Source: an uncultured Prevotella sp. (GTDB taxonomy: Bacteria > Bacteroidota > Bacteroidia > Bacteroidales > Bacteroidaceae). From it: a stretch of DNA of 54,809 nt. How positions within the stretch are numbered: position 1 is the stretch's first letter; each line of letters begins with the position of its first letter. Made by a program: the position numbers and the translations under genes. The notes beneath the pieces were generated by a model. That model did no database searches, had not been told where the DNA came from, and saw only the letters and a program-made list of their open reading frames with translations. This document shows, piece after piece, positions 41,945 to 51,489 of the stretch. The stretch spans positions 1-54,809 of the forward strand of contig CALNBT010000053.1 in NCBI GenBank assembly GCA_937874345.1, given 5' to 3'.

Positions 41945-41982
41945 AAAAAGCGTATCAAGCAAAATGCCTGATACGCTTTTTT
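41945..41982. terminator. Bidirectional intrinsic terminator
   Basis: AAAAAGCGTATCA pairs with TGATACGCTTTTT, with A and T tracts on either side. Confidence 0.8.
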
Positions 41983-42182
41983 GGCGAACAACCAGCCGGC
42001 TGAAAAACCGAAACCCGCTGTCTGACCAACGCGAGACCGGTTCTCTACAACCAATCAATGCTCTGCTGATGAATGCAATAGCCGCCTTAACATGTATGTT
42101 CCAGAAAGACCAATGGCAAAATATACGGCTTTTAAAAATGGTTTGCGATCAATAAAAGCCTGAATAAAAATAAGATGGTCTG

Positions 42183-42270
42183 CAATCTTCATCATTTTGC
42201 CAGACAATGTTGCCCATTTTGCAAGGCAATCTTATTCATTTTATCAAGCAATCTTATCCTTATTGTCGTA
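42183..42270. repeat. Degenerate 22-bp tandem repeat, 4 copies
   Basis: CAAT recurs at 42183, 42205, 42227 and 42249; consensus CAATCTTnnnCATTTTG. Confidence 0.7.
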
Positions 42271-42596
42271 CCATACCATTGGACACAGCAAGCGTACAGG
42301 GAACAAGCGAAGTTGGCACCGAACCATTGTGCTGTTTGAAGCTGATAGAGATGAAAACGAAAGATAGAGAACCTATCGCACAACAACACAACTGACAGTC
42401 TGTTTTGGCACCGACCCGTAGTGCCGATTGCCTATCGGTCGCAGAGACAAATAAGTGGTTCCGCCATGAAAGATAGATCCATAAAAAAAGCGTTTAAGGA
42501 TATCTCTTCTGAGAAAGCAAGGAAAGAACCGACTTCAGTCATGTTCCGTCAGATTATTTTCGGGGTTCCTTTCGTAGGCACACCGAGGGGTTGACT

Positions 42597-43106
42597 TCAT
42601 TCTTCGGTGAGATTGGTACCACGTTTCACAATCAGCACCGTAGCGTAAGCAGCCATTCCCTCTTGTCGTCCCACAAATCCCATCCGTTCGTTTGTCGTTG
42701 CTTTGATGGAGATACAATCCTCGTCGGTCTGCATCAATCGAGCCAGACAGGCTTTCATGGCAGGAATATGCGGATTGATTTTAGGTTGTTCGGCACAGAT
42801 CGTTGTGTCGATATTACCCAACCTATAGCCTTTCGTAGCAATAAGTGCAATGGTTTTCTCTAACAGTAGCTTACTGTCAATATTGAGCGTTTCGCTGGCC
42901 GTATCGGGAAAATGAAAACCGATATCGCGCATGTTGGCCGCACCCAACAGGGCATCGCAGATGGCATGAATCAACACATCGGCATCACTATGCCCCAAAA
43001 GGCCCTCTGGGTGTTCTATCTTAACGCCTCCCAGCCAAAGGTCGCGACCTTCAACCAACCGGTGTACGTCGTAACCGAAACCTACTCTGATCAATTCACC
43101 ATTCAT
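42597..43106 (-). CDS. ispF: 2-C-methyl-D-erythritol 2,4-cyclodiphosphate synthase
   Basis: Motifs RVGFGYDVH, GHSDADVLIHAICDALLGA and SIKATTNERMGFVGR. Confidence 0.96.
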   Translation of the reverse strand: MNGELIRVGFGYDVHRLVEGRDLWLGGVKIEHPEGLLGHSDADVLIHAICDALLGAANMRDIGFHFPDTASETLNIDSKLLLEKTIALIATKGYRLGNIDTTICAEQPKINPHIPAMKACLARLMQTDEDCISIKATTNERMGFVGRQEGMAAYATVLIVKRGTNLTEE

Positions 43107-43205
43107 TTTTCATCATTTATCATTGAACCCTCGATGTACAACGGGGTTAAGAAAACACTACAAGTTGTATTATTTCGCCACTTCTTATACGCTGGACTTT
43201 TGGGG

Positions 43206-44381
43206 TCAGCGTTTCAGCAAATCCTTGATCCCATCCATATCAAAGCTCAACGAGAAGCGAAGCGTTTGGTCAAGGGGGTTACTTTTCGCCGTAGCGATGA
43301 CATACCCTGCATCTAATGAGAATACACTCATCTTGAATCCTGCACCTACCGTAAAATATTTGCGATTTCCTTTGTTTTCACTTTCGTGATGATAACCTGC
43401 CCGTAATGAAAACTGGTCATGATAGATATATTCACCGCCGATGCTCCACTGGATTTCTTGTAGTTCTTCCTTGGCACCATTAGGTGCATCACTGAAGCTC
43501 TTAAAGATACCATTGATACTTGAAACATCGTAGTAATTTTTTTGCACACGCTCTTGATAGCTTTCGGTAGTCTCACCTTCTTTCTGTTTGGGATAGGTTG
43601 GAACCAGCAGTTTGTTTGCATCTACCGATATGGAGAACCGATTATACTCATCAACAGGTATCATCAGAGATGCTCCTAAACGCATATTAGTCGGGATAAA
43701 CTCACTATTATTATCGCCACCAAAAGTTATTTTACTTCCAATGTTTGAAATATTCAAACCCAAACCCAACTGGCATTCACGGCTTCCCAATGTAATATAA
43801 TTTTGATAGTAGGCAGAGATATCTGCAGCAAAAGCCGAACCTGGGGTAGTTTGATCTGTGAAATCGTAGGTAAGGTCTGAATAAATCCAACGAACAGCAG
43901 CACCCAAAGAAAATCTCTCGCTCAACATTAATGAATAAGCAACATCAAATGACATTTCATACGGATTGATTGTCATTGCTCCAGATCCATCTTCGCCGCT
44001 ACTGGTCATAACCTCACCGAGTGAAAAATAACGCAAAGAACTAGATACCGCACTATAATCACCAATACGATAATACCCTGCCAAATAAGCCAAATCAATA
44101 TCATTCACCAATTGTCTGAGCCATGGCGTATAATTTAAAGAAATCCCAGCCCGGCTGATGGTAAATGGATATTTAGCCGGATTCCAGAATTGGGAAACCA
44201 CGTCAGGATCAGTCGCAACACCTACATCACCCATACCCGCAGAACGGGCGTCGGGAGCAATCGATTGTGAGGTAACTGATGTATTGACAGGATTGAACAT
44301 GTCGCGCTTGTCTTGTGCCGCTAACGAAAGCATCGACATCATCAACACCATCAGACACAATATTCTATGAGTTTTGTCCAT
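43206..44381 (-). CDS. porV: Type IX secretion system outer-membrane shuttle PorV
   Basis: Motifs IAPDARSAGMGD, WNPAKY, NYTPWL, LRYFSLG and GYHHESENKGNRKY; lies downstream of porU. Confidence 0.92.
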   Translation of the reverse strand: MDKTHRILCLMVLMMSMLSLAAQDKRDMFNPVNTSVTSQSIAPDARSAGMGDVGVATDPDVVSQFWNPAKYPFTISRAGISLNYTPWLRQLVNDIDLAYLAGYYRIGDYSAVSSSLRYFSLGEVMTSSGEDGSGAMTINPYEMSFDVAYSLMLSERFSLGAAVRWIYSDLTYDFTDQTTPGSAFAADISAYYQNYITLGSRECQLGLGLNISNIGSKITFGGDNNSEFIPTNMRLGASLMIPVDEYNRFSISVDANKLLVPTYPKQKEGETTESYQERVQKNYYDVSSINGIFKSFSDAPNGAKEELQEIQWSIGGEYIYHDQFSLRAGYHHESENKGNRKYFTVGAGFKMSVFSLDAGYVIATAKSNPLDQTLRFSLSFDMDGIKDLLKR

Positions 44382-44423
44382 GATAATCTTTTATACGAGT
44401 TTTGTAAAAAACGTGCAATGCCC

Positions 44424-47400
44424 TTAATTATTGCCTACCACAATGAGTTTATGCGCTTTTGACACCTTAGAGCTACCATCTGATGAAATGCGGACGCGAT
44501 AGAGATAAACACCAGTTTGCAGACGTTCGCCTCCATCTGACGTCAAATTCCAATCAACGGTGTAGGCATTGCCTGTACTGACTCCACTTTCTTGGTGATG
44601 CCACAGCGATCGGCCGCTCAGATCAAATATATCAATCTCACAATCAATCAATCCTCCATTTCTATCATGGTTGATGATGAAGGTCGTATTGGTACGGGCT
44701 GGATTATTGGTACAGCTAACCGAGAACAATTGTGGTTCTAAACCATGTACAACATTAAATGCCAGTTCAGCGGTTGACGAATTGTTCAAAATATCCCATG
44801 CCTTAAAGGTCAATTTATGAGGACCGGGAGTCAGTTCAGGAAGATTATAATTGGTCATGCCTGATGTATAACTTCCAAAATCATAGGCAAAGTTTCCGTT
44901 TAGTACATATGTCTTCGACATATCCCCATCGACAATCAGTTGCAAATTATGCCCAATACCATTTCCTGAAGCATTAATTCCATTTGCATCGTTAATCTGA
45001 GCAACAAAATATGGCGTGCTATTCACTTCTCCTCCATTGACAAATGATGGTGAGTTAAGATAGCAGTAGATGGAGGGACCAATGGAATCGTTACTAATCT
45101 TCTCACTCCCCCCAATGGTAAATCGGTCGTTGGATCCATTGGCTAACTGTTGATCATCATCGCTGACTGCATATAAATTTACCAAGCCGGTACCATCTGT
45201 ATAATTGATGTCGAGCGGTACAGCAAATGACAATTGGAATTTCCCGTTAACAACTTTGTTCGATCCCGAATAAAGCGTTTTAGGACGATCCGAAAAAGAA
45301 AAAGCAGTTGGTGTCTCAATGGGATCATTCATTCGGCCTACAATCAACTGTTTGCTATCTCTAACAGTTGCTGTTATAATGCCATTGAATGCTGACGAAT
45401 TTTCAATGTGCCCACTAATTTTGGCAATCTCACCAGACCTTAATCCGATAAGTTGGGTTGGTGAAACTGATGTGCCGTTGATTGAGTCAACAACCACCTG
45501 TAAGGTCGGAACGTGAAGTGCAACTGCTGGATCACCTAACAAGGAATATTGCAATTTGTTATCGGTTAAATCTTGACCTGAAATGATCAAATTGTTTTTT
45601 GCCAATCGTTGTGCTTCTCCCATCGTAACAGGGTTACCTTTGGCATCTTTACTCAACACATAGTGAAGATAAGCTGTGTTGATAAGGGCATTGTAATAAG
45701 CATATACCGTTCGGGTAGTACCAAAGAATGCCAATGCTCCCCCTTTCGGATTCAATACGGCAGTTTCACCAATGGTCGGAACTGTTCCATCGAATGGCAT
45801 AATATCACAGGAGGCAGTAATCCACAACGGTAAATGAACATTGTTAAAGGCTTCGAAATCGGTAATTCTCAATACAGCTTCATGAGAGATTTGTATTTCA
45901 GAGCCATGCCCTCCATAATCCATAATCAAAGCGCCATCATTTTGTTGCTGTTTAATGAGTCGTTCAACCTCGGGATAAGAATTACCGGTTGAAGAGGTTT
46001 CACGAATGTAGGCATCCCACATGATCTTCTTGATCAGATAACCTGGATATTCATTTGAAATTTTGTCAGCTGTAGCATTGATATCACGCATGTGAAGGTT
46101 GTTGTTGCCATCATCACCCATAAACACAAGGGTGTTTTGCCAAGCCCCAGCCTGCTTGTTCGTGACATAATTTATTACTTTATCGACCATTACCTTCGCT
46201 TGTGCATCGGTCGTGACAGGGAATCGGCCAACAGCAATATCTTGTTTATCAGAAAAGGAAACGTTCATGCCTTCGTTATCATCCAAAGAACAGAAAAATC
46301 CATCGTCAACATAACAATGTATCTCATTAAACGAATTCTCACTTTCATAGCTTAACAAATAATCGTTAGGATTCAATGTTTTACAGTCTTGGGTCAACAT
46401 ACGGTTATCCCATACACAATCTCCAAACAACAGAAGGTACTTAGGCATATCTTCGTCTCGAGACCCAGCACGGTCGTAAAGCATCTTAAGATACCTACGA
46501 TAAGCATTGGCATCGGGAGTACCACTTGAAAATTCATTGTACAATTCATCTGCTGGCACTATCCGTACACGCATTCCATCGTGTTGTTCATGAAAAGCTT
46601 TCAGGCGTTCAGCCTGAGCCTTCAGTTTTAGGCCGGTCGGAATGATGATAATCATGTCGGCAAAACCATCAGCGTGTAAATCTTGATTCGTGATGTTATT
46701 GACGTATTCCGGTTCTGGAAAAGATGCCTTCTGCAACTGTGGGGCAGGAAGAGGCTCATTCCATATAAACGAGATATAATCTAACCGAGATGGACTACCG
46801 GATACGGTAGAAATTTTAACTTCGTCAATTGGCTTTGATCTAATAATGTTGTATGCAGTACGCGCCTCGTTACCCTTGTCGTATTCATTGAGCATTACAT
46901 TTAATGTTCCTTTGTCAACGCCATTATGTGTGACAAGAATACTTGAATTTGCACCTGCTGATACGTTTACGGACATCCTTGCAGCCCCCAACTTGGCATT
47001 TGAAGAAATGTCAAAAGTCTTGGATGAACCGACATTGATGGCGACAGGATCAAACAAGTTGCGTCCTCCATGATACCATGAATAACCATCAGTCTCATAA
47101 AGTGTATGGTAAAAGTCAGGGGAAGGATAAAAAGAATGAAGAAATGTCGTAGAATCGACTACTTGAGGATTATCAGCAGATTGTGTAATAAAATAATAGC
47201 CGTGAGTAGAATAAGGGTTACGGGTACGTCGAGTAGAAGTATTTGAATCCCATGAAACAGGACCATACCCATAAAACAGTCTTTTACCATCAATCAAACA
47301 AGTAGAAACCTCTTTTAAATCGTCAGTAGCAATCAATTCCTCAGGTACCAGTTGTTCATTCTGTAGACGTCCACCATAGCCATAGATTTTCACTTTACTG

Positions 47401-47969
47401 AGATCAGTAAATCCTGCTTTTCGGATCAAAGCATCAGTCAATTGATACACACCTGTCTCAGGAATACGAATCTTTGCCCATTTTCCATTGGCTAACACAG
47501 AATGTTCAGCATAACGAGAAGTTTCACCTCCGGCCCTTGTCTCGATTGAATTTTTGGGTTGCCTTGTTAGCAATGGGTGTGATTCTATCTGCAACATAAA
47601 GCTGACAAGAATCTGATAACGGTTGTTACGAAAGACCAAAGGACAAAAATCAACTTCTAGCGAACCTTTCTTTCTATTCAATGCCAAATGCTGATTAGTA
47701 ATTGGAAGCTCAGGTAAGGGAATTCCTGATATATGCTGATAAAGGGCAATATCACTTGAGGTCATGTCAATGAACTCAGGATAGAGAATGGAGACCGTGT
47801 AAATAGAATCGGCAAATCTATCTTCCAATTCAAATGAATGGGAAAAATGAGGCAATACGGAATCTATCTTGACATCGGTTGCGGTCAAGTTAAAGAATTG
47901 GTCACGTGAAGAAGCCTTCAAACCACATCCCAGCAATATCAACAAAAGAAGATAACTAAATGCTCTCAA
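44424..47969 (-). CDS. porU: Type IX secretion system sortase PorU (C25 family)
   Basis: 1181 aa; motifs SVLANGKWAKI, LYNEFSSG, YLLLFGD, catalytic GHG and TASC, LLGDPA; own C-terminal CTD (GVYLYRV); TTG start. Confidence 0.92.
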   Translation of the reverse strand: MRAFSYLLLLILLGCGLKASSRDQFFNLTATDVKIDSVLPHFSHSFELEDRFADSIYTVSILYPEFIDMTSSDIALYQHISGIPLPELPITNQHLALNRKKGSLEVDFCPLVFRNNRYQILVSFMLQIESHPLLTRQPKNSIETRAGGETSRYAEHSVLANGKWAKIRIPETGVYQLTDALIRKAGFTDLSKVKIYGYGGRLQNEQLVPEELIATDDLKEVSTCLIDGKRLFYGYGPVSWDSNTSTRRTRNPYSTHGYYFITQSADNPQVVDSTTFLHSFYPSPDFYHTLYETDGYSWYHGGRNLFDPVAINVGSSKTFDISSNAKLGAARMSVNVSAGANSSILVTHNGVDKGTLNVMLNEYDKGNEARTAYNIIRSKPIDEVKISTVSGSPSRLDYISFIWNEPLPAPQLQKASFPEPEYVNNITNQDLHADGFADMIIIIPTGLKLKAQAERLKAFHEQHDGMRVRIVPADELYNEFSSGTPDANAYRRYLKMLYDRAGSRDEDMPKYLLLFGDCVWDNRMLTQDCKTLNPNDYLLSYESENSFNEIHCYVDDGFFCSLDDNEGMNVSFSDKQDIAVGRFPVTTDAQAKVMVDKVINYVTNKQAGAWQNTLVFMGDDGNNNLHMRDINATADKISNEYPGYLIKKIMWDAYIRETSSTGNSYPEVERLIKQQQNDGALIMDYGGHGSEIQISHEAVLRITDFEAFNNVHLPLWITASCDIMPFDGTVPTIGETAVLNPKGGALAFFGTTRTVYAYYNALINTAYLHYVLSKDAKGNPVTMGEAQRLAKNNLIISGQDLTDNKLQYSLLGDPAVALHVPTLQVVVDSINGTSVSPTQLIGLRSGEIAKISGHIENSSAFNGIITATVRDSKQLIVGRMNDPIETPTAFSFSDRPKTLYSGSNKVVNGKFQLSFAVPLDINYTDGTGLVNLYAVSDDDQQLANGSNDRFTIGGSEKISNDSIGPSIYCYLNSPSFVNGGEVNSTPYFVAQINDANGINASGNGIGHNLQLIVDGDMSKTYVLNGNFAYDFGSYTSGMTNYNLPELTPGPHKLTFKAWDILNNSSTAELAFNVVHGLEPQLFSVSCTNNPARTNTTFIINHDRNGGLIDCEIDIFDLSGRSLWHHQESGVSTGNAYTVDWNLTSDGGERLQTGVYLYRVRISSDGSSKVSKAHKLIVVGNN

Positions 47970-47980
47970 TACAAAAAATA

Positions 47981-48598
47981 CTATTTACAGTAAAAGTCCA
48001 ACACCTTTTTGTCTTCAAGGTATCCTTCCAAATGATCATCAATTTTCACAGGACCAACCCCAACAGGTGTTCCAGTAAACAGAATATCTCCAGTTTTCAA
48101 GGTAAAATACCGACTGATATAAGCAATGAGCTCGTCAACCTTGTACAACATATCGCCAGTATAACCCTTTTGGACCGTACTTTCATTTATATCCAAATGG
48201 AAATCCAAAGTCTGAATATCCAGATAGCGATCAACCGATTGCCAATCTCCTAACACCGCAGCTCCATCAAATCCTTTACAAAGTTCCCATGGTTGGCCCA
48301 TTTCACGCAATTTTTGTTGCAATTCTCGAGCAGTAAAGTCTATGCCGATTGTGATGGCATCATAATACCGATTCGCAAAACGCTGAGGGATTGTTTTCCC
48401 CAACCTACAAATCCTAACAACCAATTCTGTTTCATATTCTATCCTTCCTAAGTCGTCTGGAATAAAAAAGGGCTTATGGTCCTTCAACAAAGAGGAATCT
48501 GGTTTTAAAAAGACAACAGGCGTTTCTGGTTTATCTAACGTTTCATGCAACTCTTTATTGTGCTGCAAATAATTCATCCCTATAGCAAATATCTTCAT
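47981..48598 (-). CDS. Fumarylacetoacetate hydrolase family protein
   Basis: Motifs MKIFAIGMNY..H, FLKP, YETEL, DFTARELQ, KGFD and GDILFTGTP. Start set at 48598 because a -7 box (TATCTTTG, 48670-48663) lies inside the longer ORF. Confidence 0.9.
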   Translation of the reverse strand: MKIFAIGMNYLQHNKELHETLDKPETPVVFLKPDSSLLKDHKPFFIPDDLGRIEYETELVVRICRLGKTIPQRFANRYYDAITIGIDFTARELQQKLREMGQPWELCKGFDGAAVLGDWQSVDRYLDIQTLDFHLDINESTVQKGYTGDMLYKVDELIAYISRYFTLKTGDILFTGTPVGVGPVKIDDHLEGYLEDKKVLDFYCK

Positions 48599-48787
48599 AA
48601 TGTAATTATTAACGAGGAAAGTGATTACGAAATATCCACGTTGAGAGAATATTTCTTCCATACAAAGATAATATAAATGAAACATTCCTCAAAGAATAGC
48701 GAACTTTTCTAATTGAGAATAACCATTAACTTATAAAAGCTTTTGAAAGGTAATCAATCTATTGAGATAAACTCTTTATTTAAAATC

Positions 48788-48820
48788 AAAAAAGGCCAAC
48801 AAGCAATCTTGTCGACCTTT
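48788..48820 (-). terminator. Terminator of the rplM-rpsI-rpsB-tsf transcript
   Basis: Minus strand AAAGGTCGACAAG-ATTG-CTTGTTGGCCTTTTTT. Confidence 0.8.
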
Positions 48821-48845
48821 ATATATAAAATAACTATTGAAATTT

Positions 48846-49838
48846 TTATTCAGCACGCAATGTGAAGCGCTTGAAACCAGTAACAGTCAAATCTGCATCT
48901 GTCTGCTTCAAGTACTCGGCAACAGTAATCTTGCTGTCTTGGATATACTCCTGATTCAACAAGCAATTTTCCTTGAAGAACTTCTGCATACGCCCATTGG
49001 CGATATTCTGAATCATTTGTTCTGGCATATGAGCAACCTTGTCAGCTGCAGTATCTGCCTTCAATTTTCGGATCTCATCTGCCTGAGCTTCAGTGATCGT
49101 CCCCTTGCGGATGCCTTCTTCCAAATGATCTTCACTTTCTGCCGTGTAAAGATTAAAGCCAGCCTTTTTCAATGCAACTTGAACAGCTTTCTCTATTTGC
49201 TCTTCTTTTGTCTTTTCTACTGCAACTTTGAATTCTGCTTCCTTCACTTCTTCTGGAACACTATTTTCATCCAAGGCAACAGGGTTCATTGCAGCTACCT
49301 GCATGGCTATATTATGAGCTTGTTCAGCAGCTGGTTTGTTGGTTTGAACCATCGTACACAACATGTTTATATTCATGTGGTTGTAGATTTCGATATTCTC
49401 GCCCTCAAGGTATGAATAACCATCAAGTTCCATCTTCTCACCAGTAATACCAGAACGCATCTTTACGTTAGTAGCAACGTCGTTGCCATCAGCAAGAACC
49501 AAAGCCTTCACCTCTTCAAGTGATTTAGACTTTGCAGCAACAGCGGCATCAAGAATATCCTGTGTCAACTGAATATACTCTTTACCATTTGCAACAAAGT
49601 CAGTTTCACATTTCAAAGCAATGATTGCTCCAAAACCGTTTTCATATTTTGCCAGAACGCATCCGTTAGATGTCTCACGGTCAGAGCGTTTTGCAGCAAT
49701 AGCCAAACCACGTTCACGAACCAGCTCAACAGCTTTGTCCATGTCGCCATCAGCTTCGGTCAAAGCCTTCTTGCAGTCTGCCAAACCTGCTCCAGTCAAT
49801 TTGCGGAGCTTCTGTATATCAGCAATTGTAACAGCCAT
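48846..49838 (-). CDS. tsf: Elongation factor Ts
   Basis: MAVTIADIQKLRKLTGAGLADCKKAL, LKCETDFVA and IAMQVAAM; probable start at the ATG at 49838. Confidence 0.96.
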   Translation of the reverse strand: MAVTIADIQKLRKLTGAGLADCKKALTEADGDMDKAVELVRERGLAIAAKRSDRETSNGCVLAKYENGFGAIIALKCETDFVANGKEYIQLTQDILDAAVAAKSKSLEEVKALVLADGNDVATNVKMRSGITGEKMELDGYSYLEGENIEIYNHMNINMLCTMVQTNKPAAEQAHNIAMQVAAMNPVALDENSVPEEVKEAEFKVAVEKTKEEQIEKAVQVALKKAGFNLYTAESEDHLEEGIRKGTITEAQADEIRKLKADTAADKVAHMPEQMIQNIANGRMQKFFKENCLLNQEYIQDSKITVAEYLKQTDADLTVTGFKRFTLRAE

Positions 49839-49953
49839 AATAATAATCTTGTTATTGAAGTTAATATTTCTATGTACTAAAAAGTCAAAAAAGAACGAAG
49901 GGCATATCGGTATCAATTACCCATAGGCCATCCGTTCTTCAATGTCCTATAAT

Positions 49954-50856
49954 TTATTCTGCGGAAGATTCTTCTACTTCAGCATCCTCGTCTTCTGATT
50001 CAACAGCTTCGCTTTCCGGTTCTTCATCCACTTCTTCTGATTCTGTCTCGGTCTCATCAACAGATTCTTGAGCAGAAGTATCCTTGCGAGCCTTGCGAGC
50101 GCGCTTTGGTCTAGTTTCACCAGCTTCCTCATCCTGTTCAGCAGAAGCTTTCTCATCAGCTTTCTCAGCTTTACGCTCTTCCAAACCTTCAGCAATGGCC
50201 TGGCAGCAAGCCGATAAAATTGCATCAATTGAATCTTTAGCATCGTCGTTTGCAGGAATTACAAAGTCGATGTTCTTAGGATCAGAGTTCGTATCAACGA
50301 TTGCAAATACAGGGATGCCCAAGCGGTTTGCTTCTCTAACGGCAATCTGTTCTTTCATTACGTCAACGATGAATAATGCAGAAGGCAAGCGAGTAAGATC
50401 GGCAATAGAACCCAGGTTCTTCTCCAATTTAGCGCGTTGGCGTGTTACCTGAAGCAACTCACGCTTTGAGAGATTAGAATAAGTACCATCGTTCATCAAC
50501 TTATCTATGTTTGTCATTTTCTTAACGGCCTTACGAATGGTAGGGAAGTTGGTCAGCATACCGCCGGCCCAACGCTCTACTACGTACGGCATGTTAACAG
50601 ATGCAGCCTTTTCTGCTACAATCTCCTTAGCTTGTTTTTTAGTAGCGACAAACAATATTTTCTTGCCCGACTTCGCAATTTGCTTCAGCGCATCAGCAGC
50701 TTCGTCAACTTTTGCAACAGTCTTGTTGAGATCGATAATATGAATACCATTACGCTCCATGAAGATATAAGGAGCCATGGCTGGATTCCATTTACGACGC
50801 AGGTGTCCGAAGTGACTTCCTGCCTGCAATAATTGGTCAAAATTTGTTCTTGACAT
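49954..50856 (-). CDS. rpsB: 30S ribosomal protein S2
   Basis: Motifs AGSHFGH..RKWNP, RWAGGMLTN, VDTNSDP and IPANDDA. Confidence 0.98.
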   Translation of the reverse strand: MSRTNFDQLLQAGSHFGHLRRKWNPAMAPYIFMERNGIHIIDLNKTVAKVDEAADALKQIAKSGKKILFVATKKQAKEIVAEKAASVNMPYVVERWAGGMLTNFPTIRKAVKKMTNIDKLMNDGTYSNLSKRELLQVTRQRAKLEKNLGSIADLTRLPSALFIVDVMKEQIAVREANRLGIPVFAIVDTNSDPKNIDFVIPANDDAKDSIDAILSACCQAIAEGLEERKAEKADEKASAEQDEEAGETRPKRARKARKDTSAQESVDETETESEEVDEEPESEAVESEDEDAEVEESSAE

Positions 50857-51094
50857 TTTTTTCTTTTTTTAATTGTTTACTTTCTTTTGAGTTAATTAGA
50901 ACCAATCGTCGAGTAGTTCACCGATTTTGAAATCTCAACGATTTAGATACTAAACCTGTTCAGTTTATGGCGAGTAATTGATAAGTTATAGCGTAAACTT
51001 TGAGTAGATAATCCGATTAAGATGCTTGCGCAAATTCTGAAAATACCTTATATCTACTAATCTGCATACTTTTAAACTTATCTATGTCGCCAAA

Positions 51095-51481
51095 TTAACG
51101 CTTACTGAACTGGAAGCGACGACGAGCTTTGGGCTGTCCTGGTTTCTTACGCTCAACAACGCGGCTGTCGCGTGTCAAGAATCCTAAATCTTTCAAAGCC
51201 TTTTTATCATCGGCATTGAGCTTAATGAGGGCACGAGCAATCGCTAGGCGAAGCGCCTGGCTCTGACCGGTAAAACCACCTCCATCAAGATTGGCTTTGA
51301 TATCATATTTGCCTTCAACTTCCAACGTTGACAATGGCTGTTTTACCACGTAACGCAAGATGGCTGATGGAAAATATGTTTCAATATCTTTTTTGTTAAT
51401 CGTAATTTTGCCCGTACCTTCAGTCAGGTAAACACGAGCGACGGCGCTTTTACGGCGACCTATTGCGTTAATTACTTCCAT
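51095..51481 (-). CDS. rpsI: 30S ribosomal protein S9
   Basis: Motifs GRRKSAVARV, GGGFTGQ and ERKKPG..KARRRFQFSKR. Confidence 0.98.
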   Translation of the reverse strand: MEVINAIGRRKSAVARVYLTEGTGKITINKKDIETYFPSAILRYVVKQPLSTLEVEGKYDIKANLDGGGFTGQSQALRLAIARALIKLNADDKKALKDLGFLTRDSRVVERKKPGQPKARRRFQFSKR

Positions 51482-51489
51482 CTTTCCTA

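Noticed and set aside
42183-42270. Possible CRISPR array or iterons
   Set aside because: The repeats are contiguous and degenerate with no spacers, and no cas or rep gene is nearby.
41870-42590. Short ORFs (60-75 aa) or a pseudogene in the gap before ispF
   Set aside because: They cross a terminator or the repeat tract and show no recognisable domain remnants.
48837-49415. 192-aa + strand ORF
   Set aside because: It is antisense to tsf and a by-product of strong codon bias.
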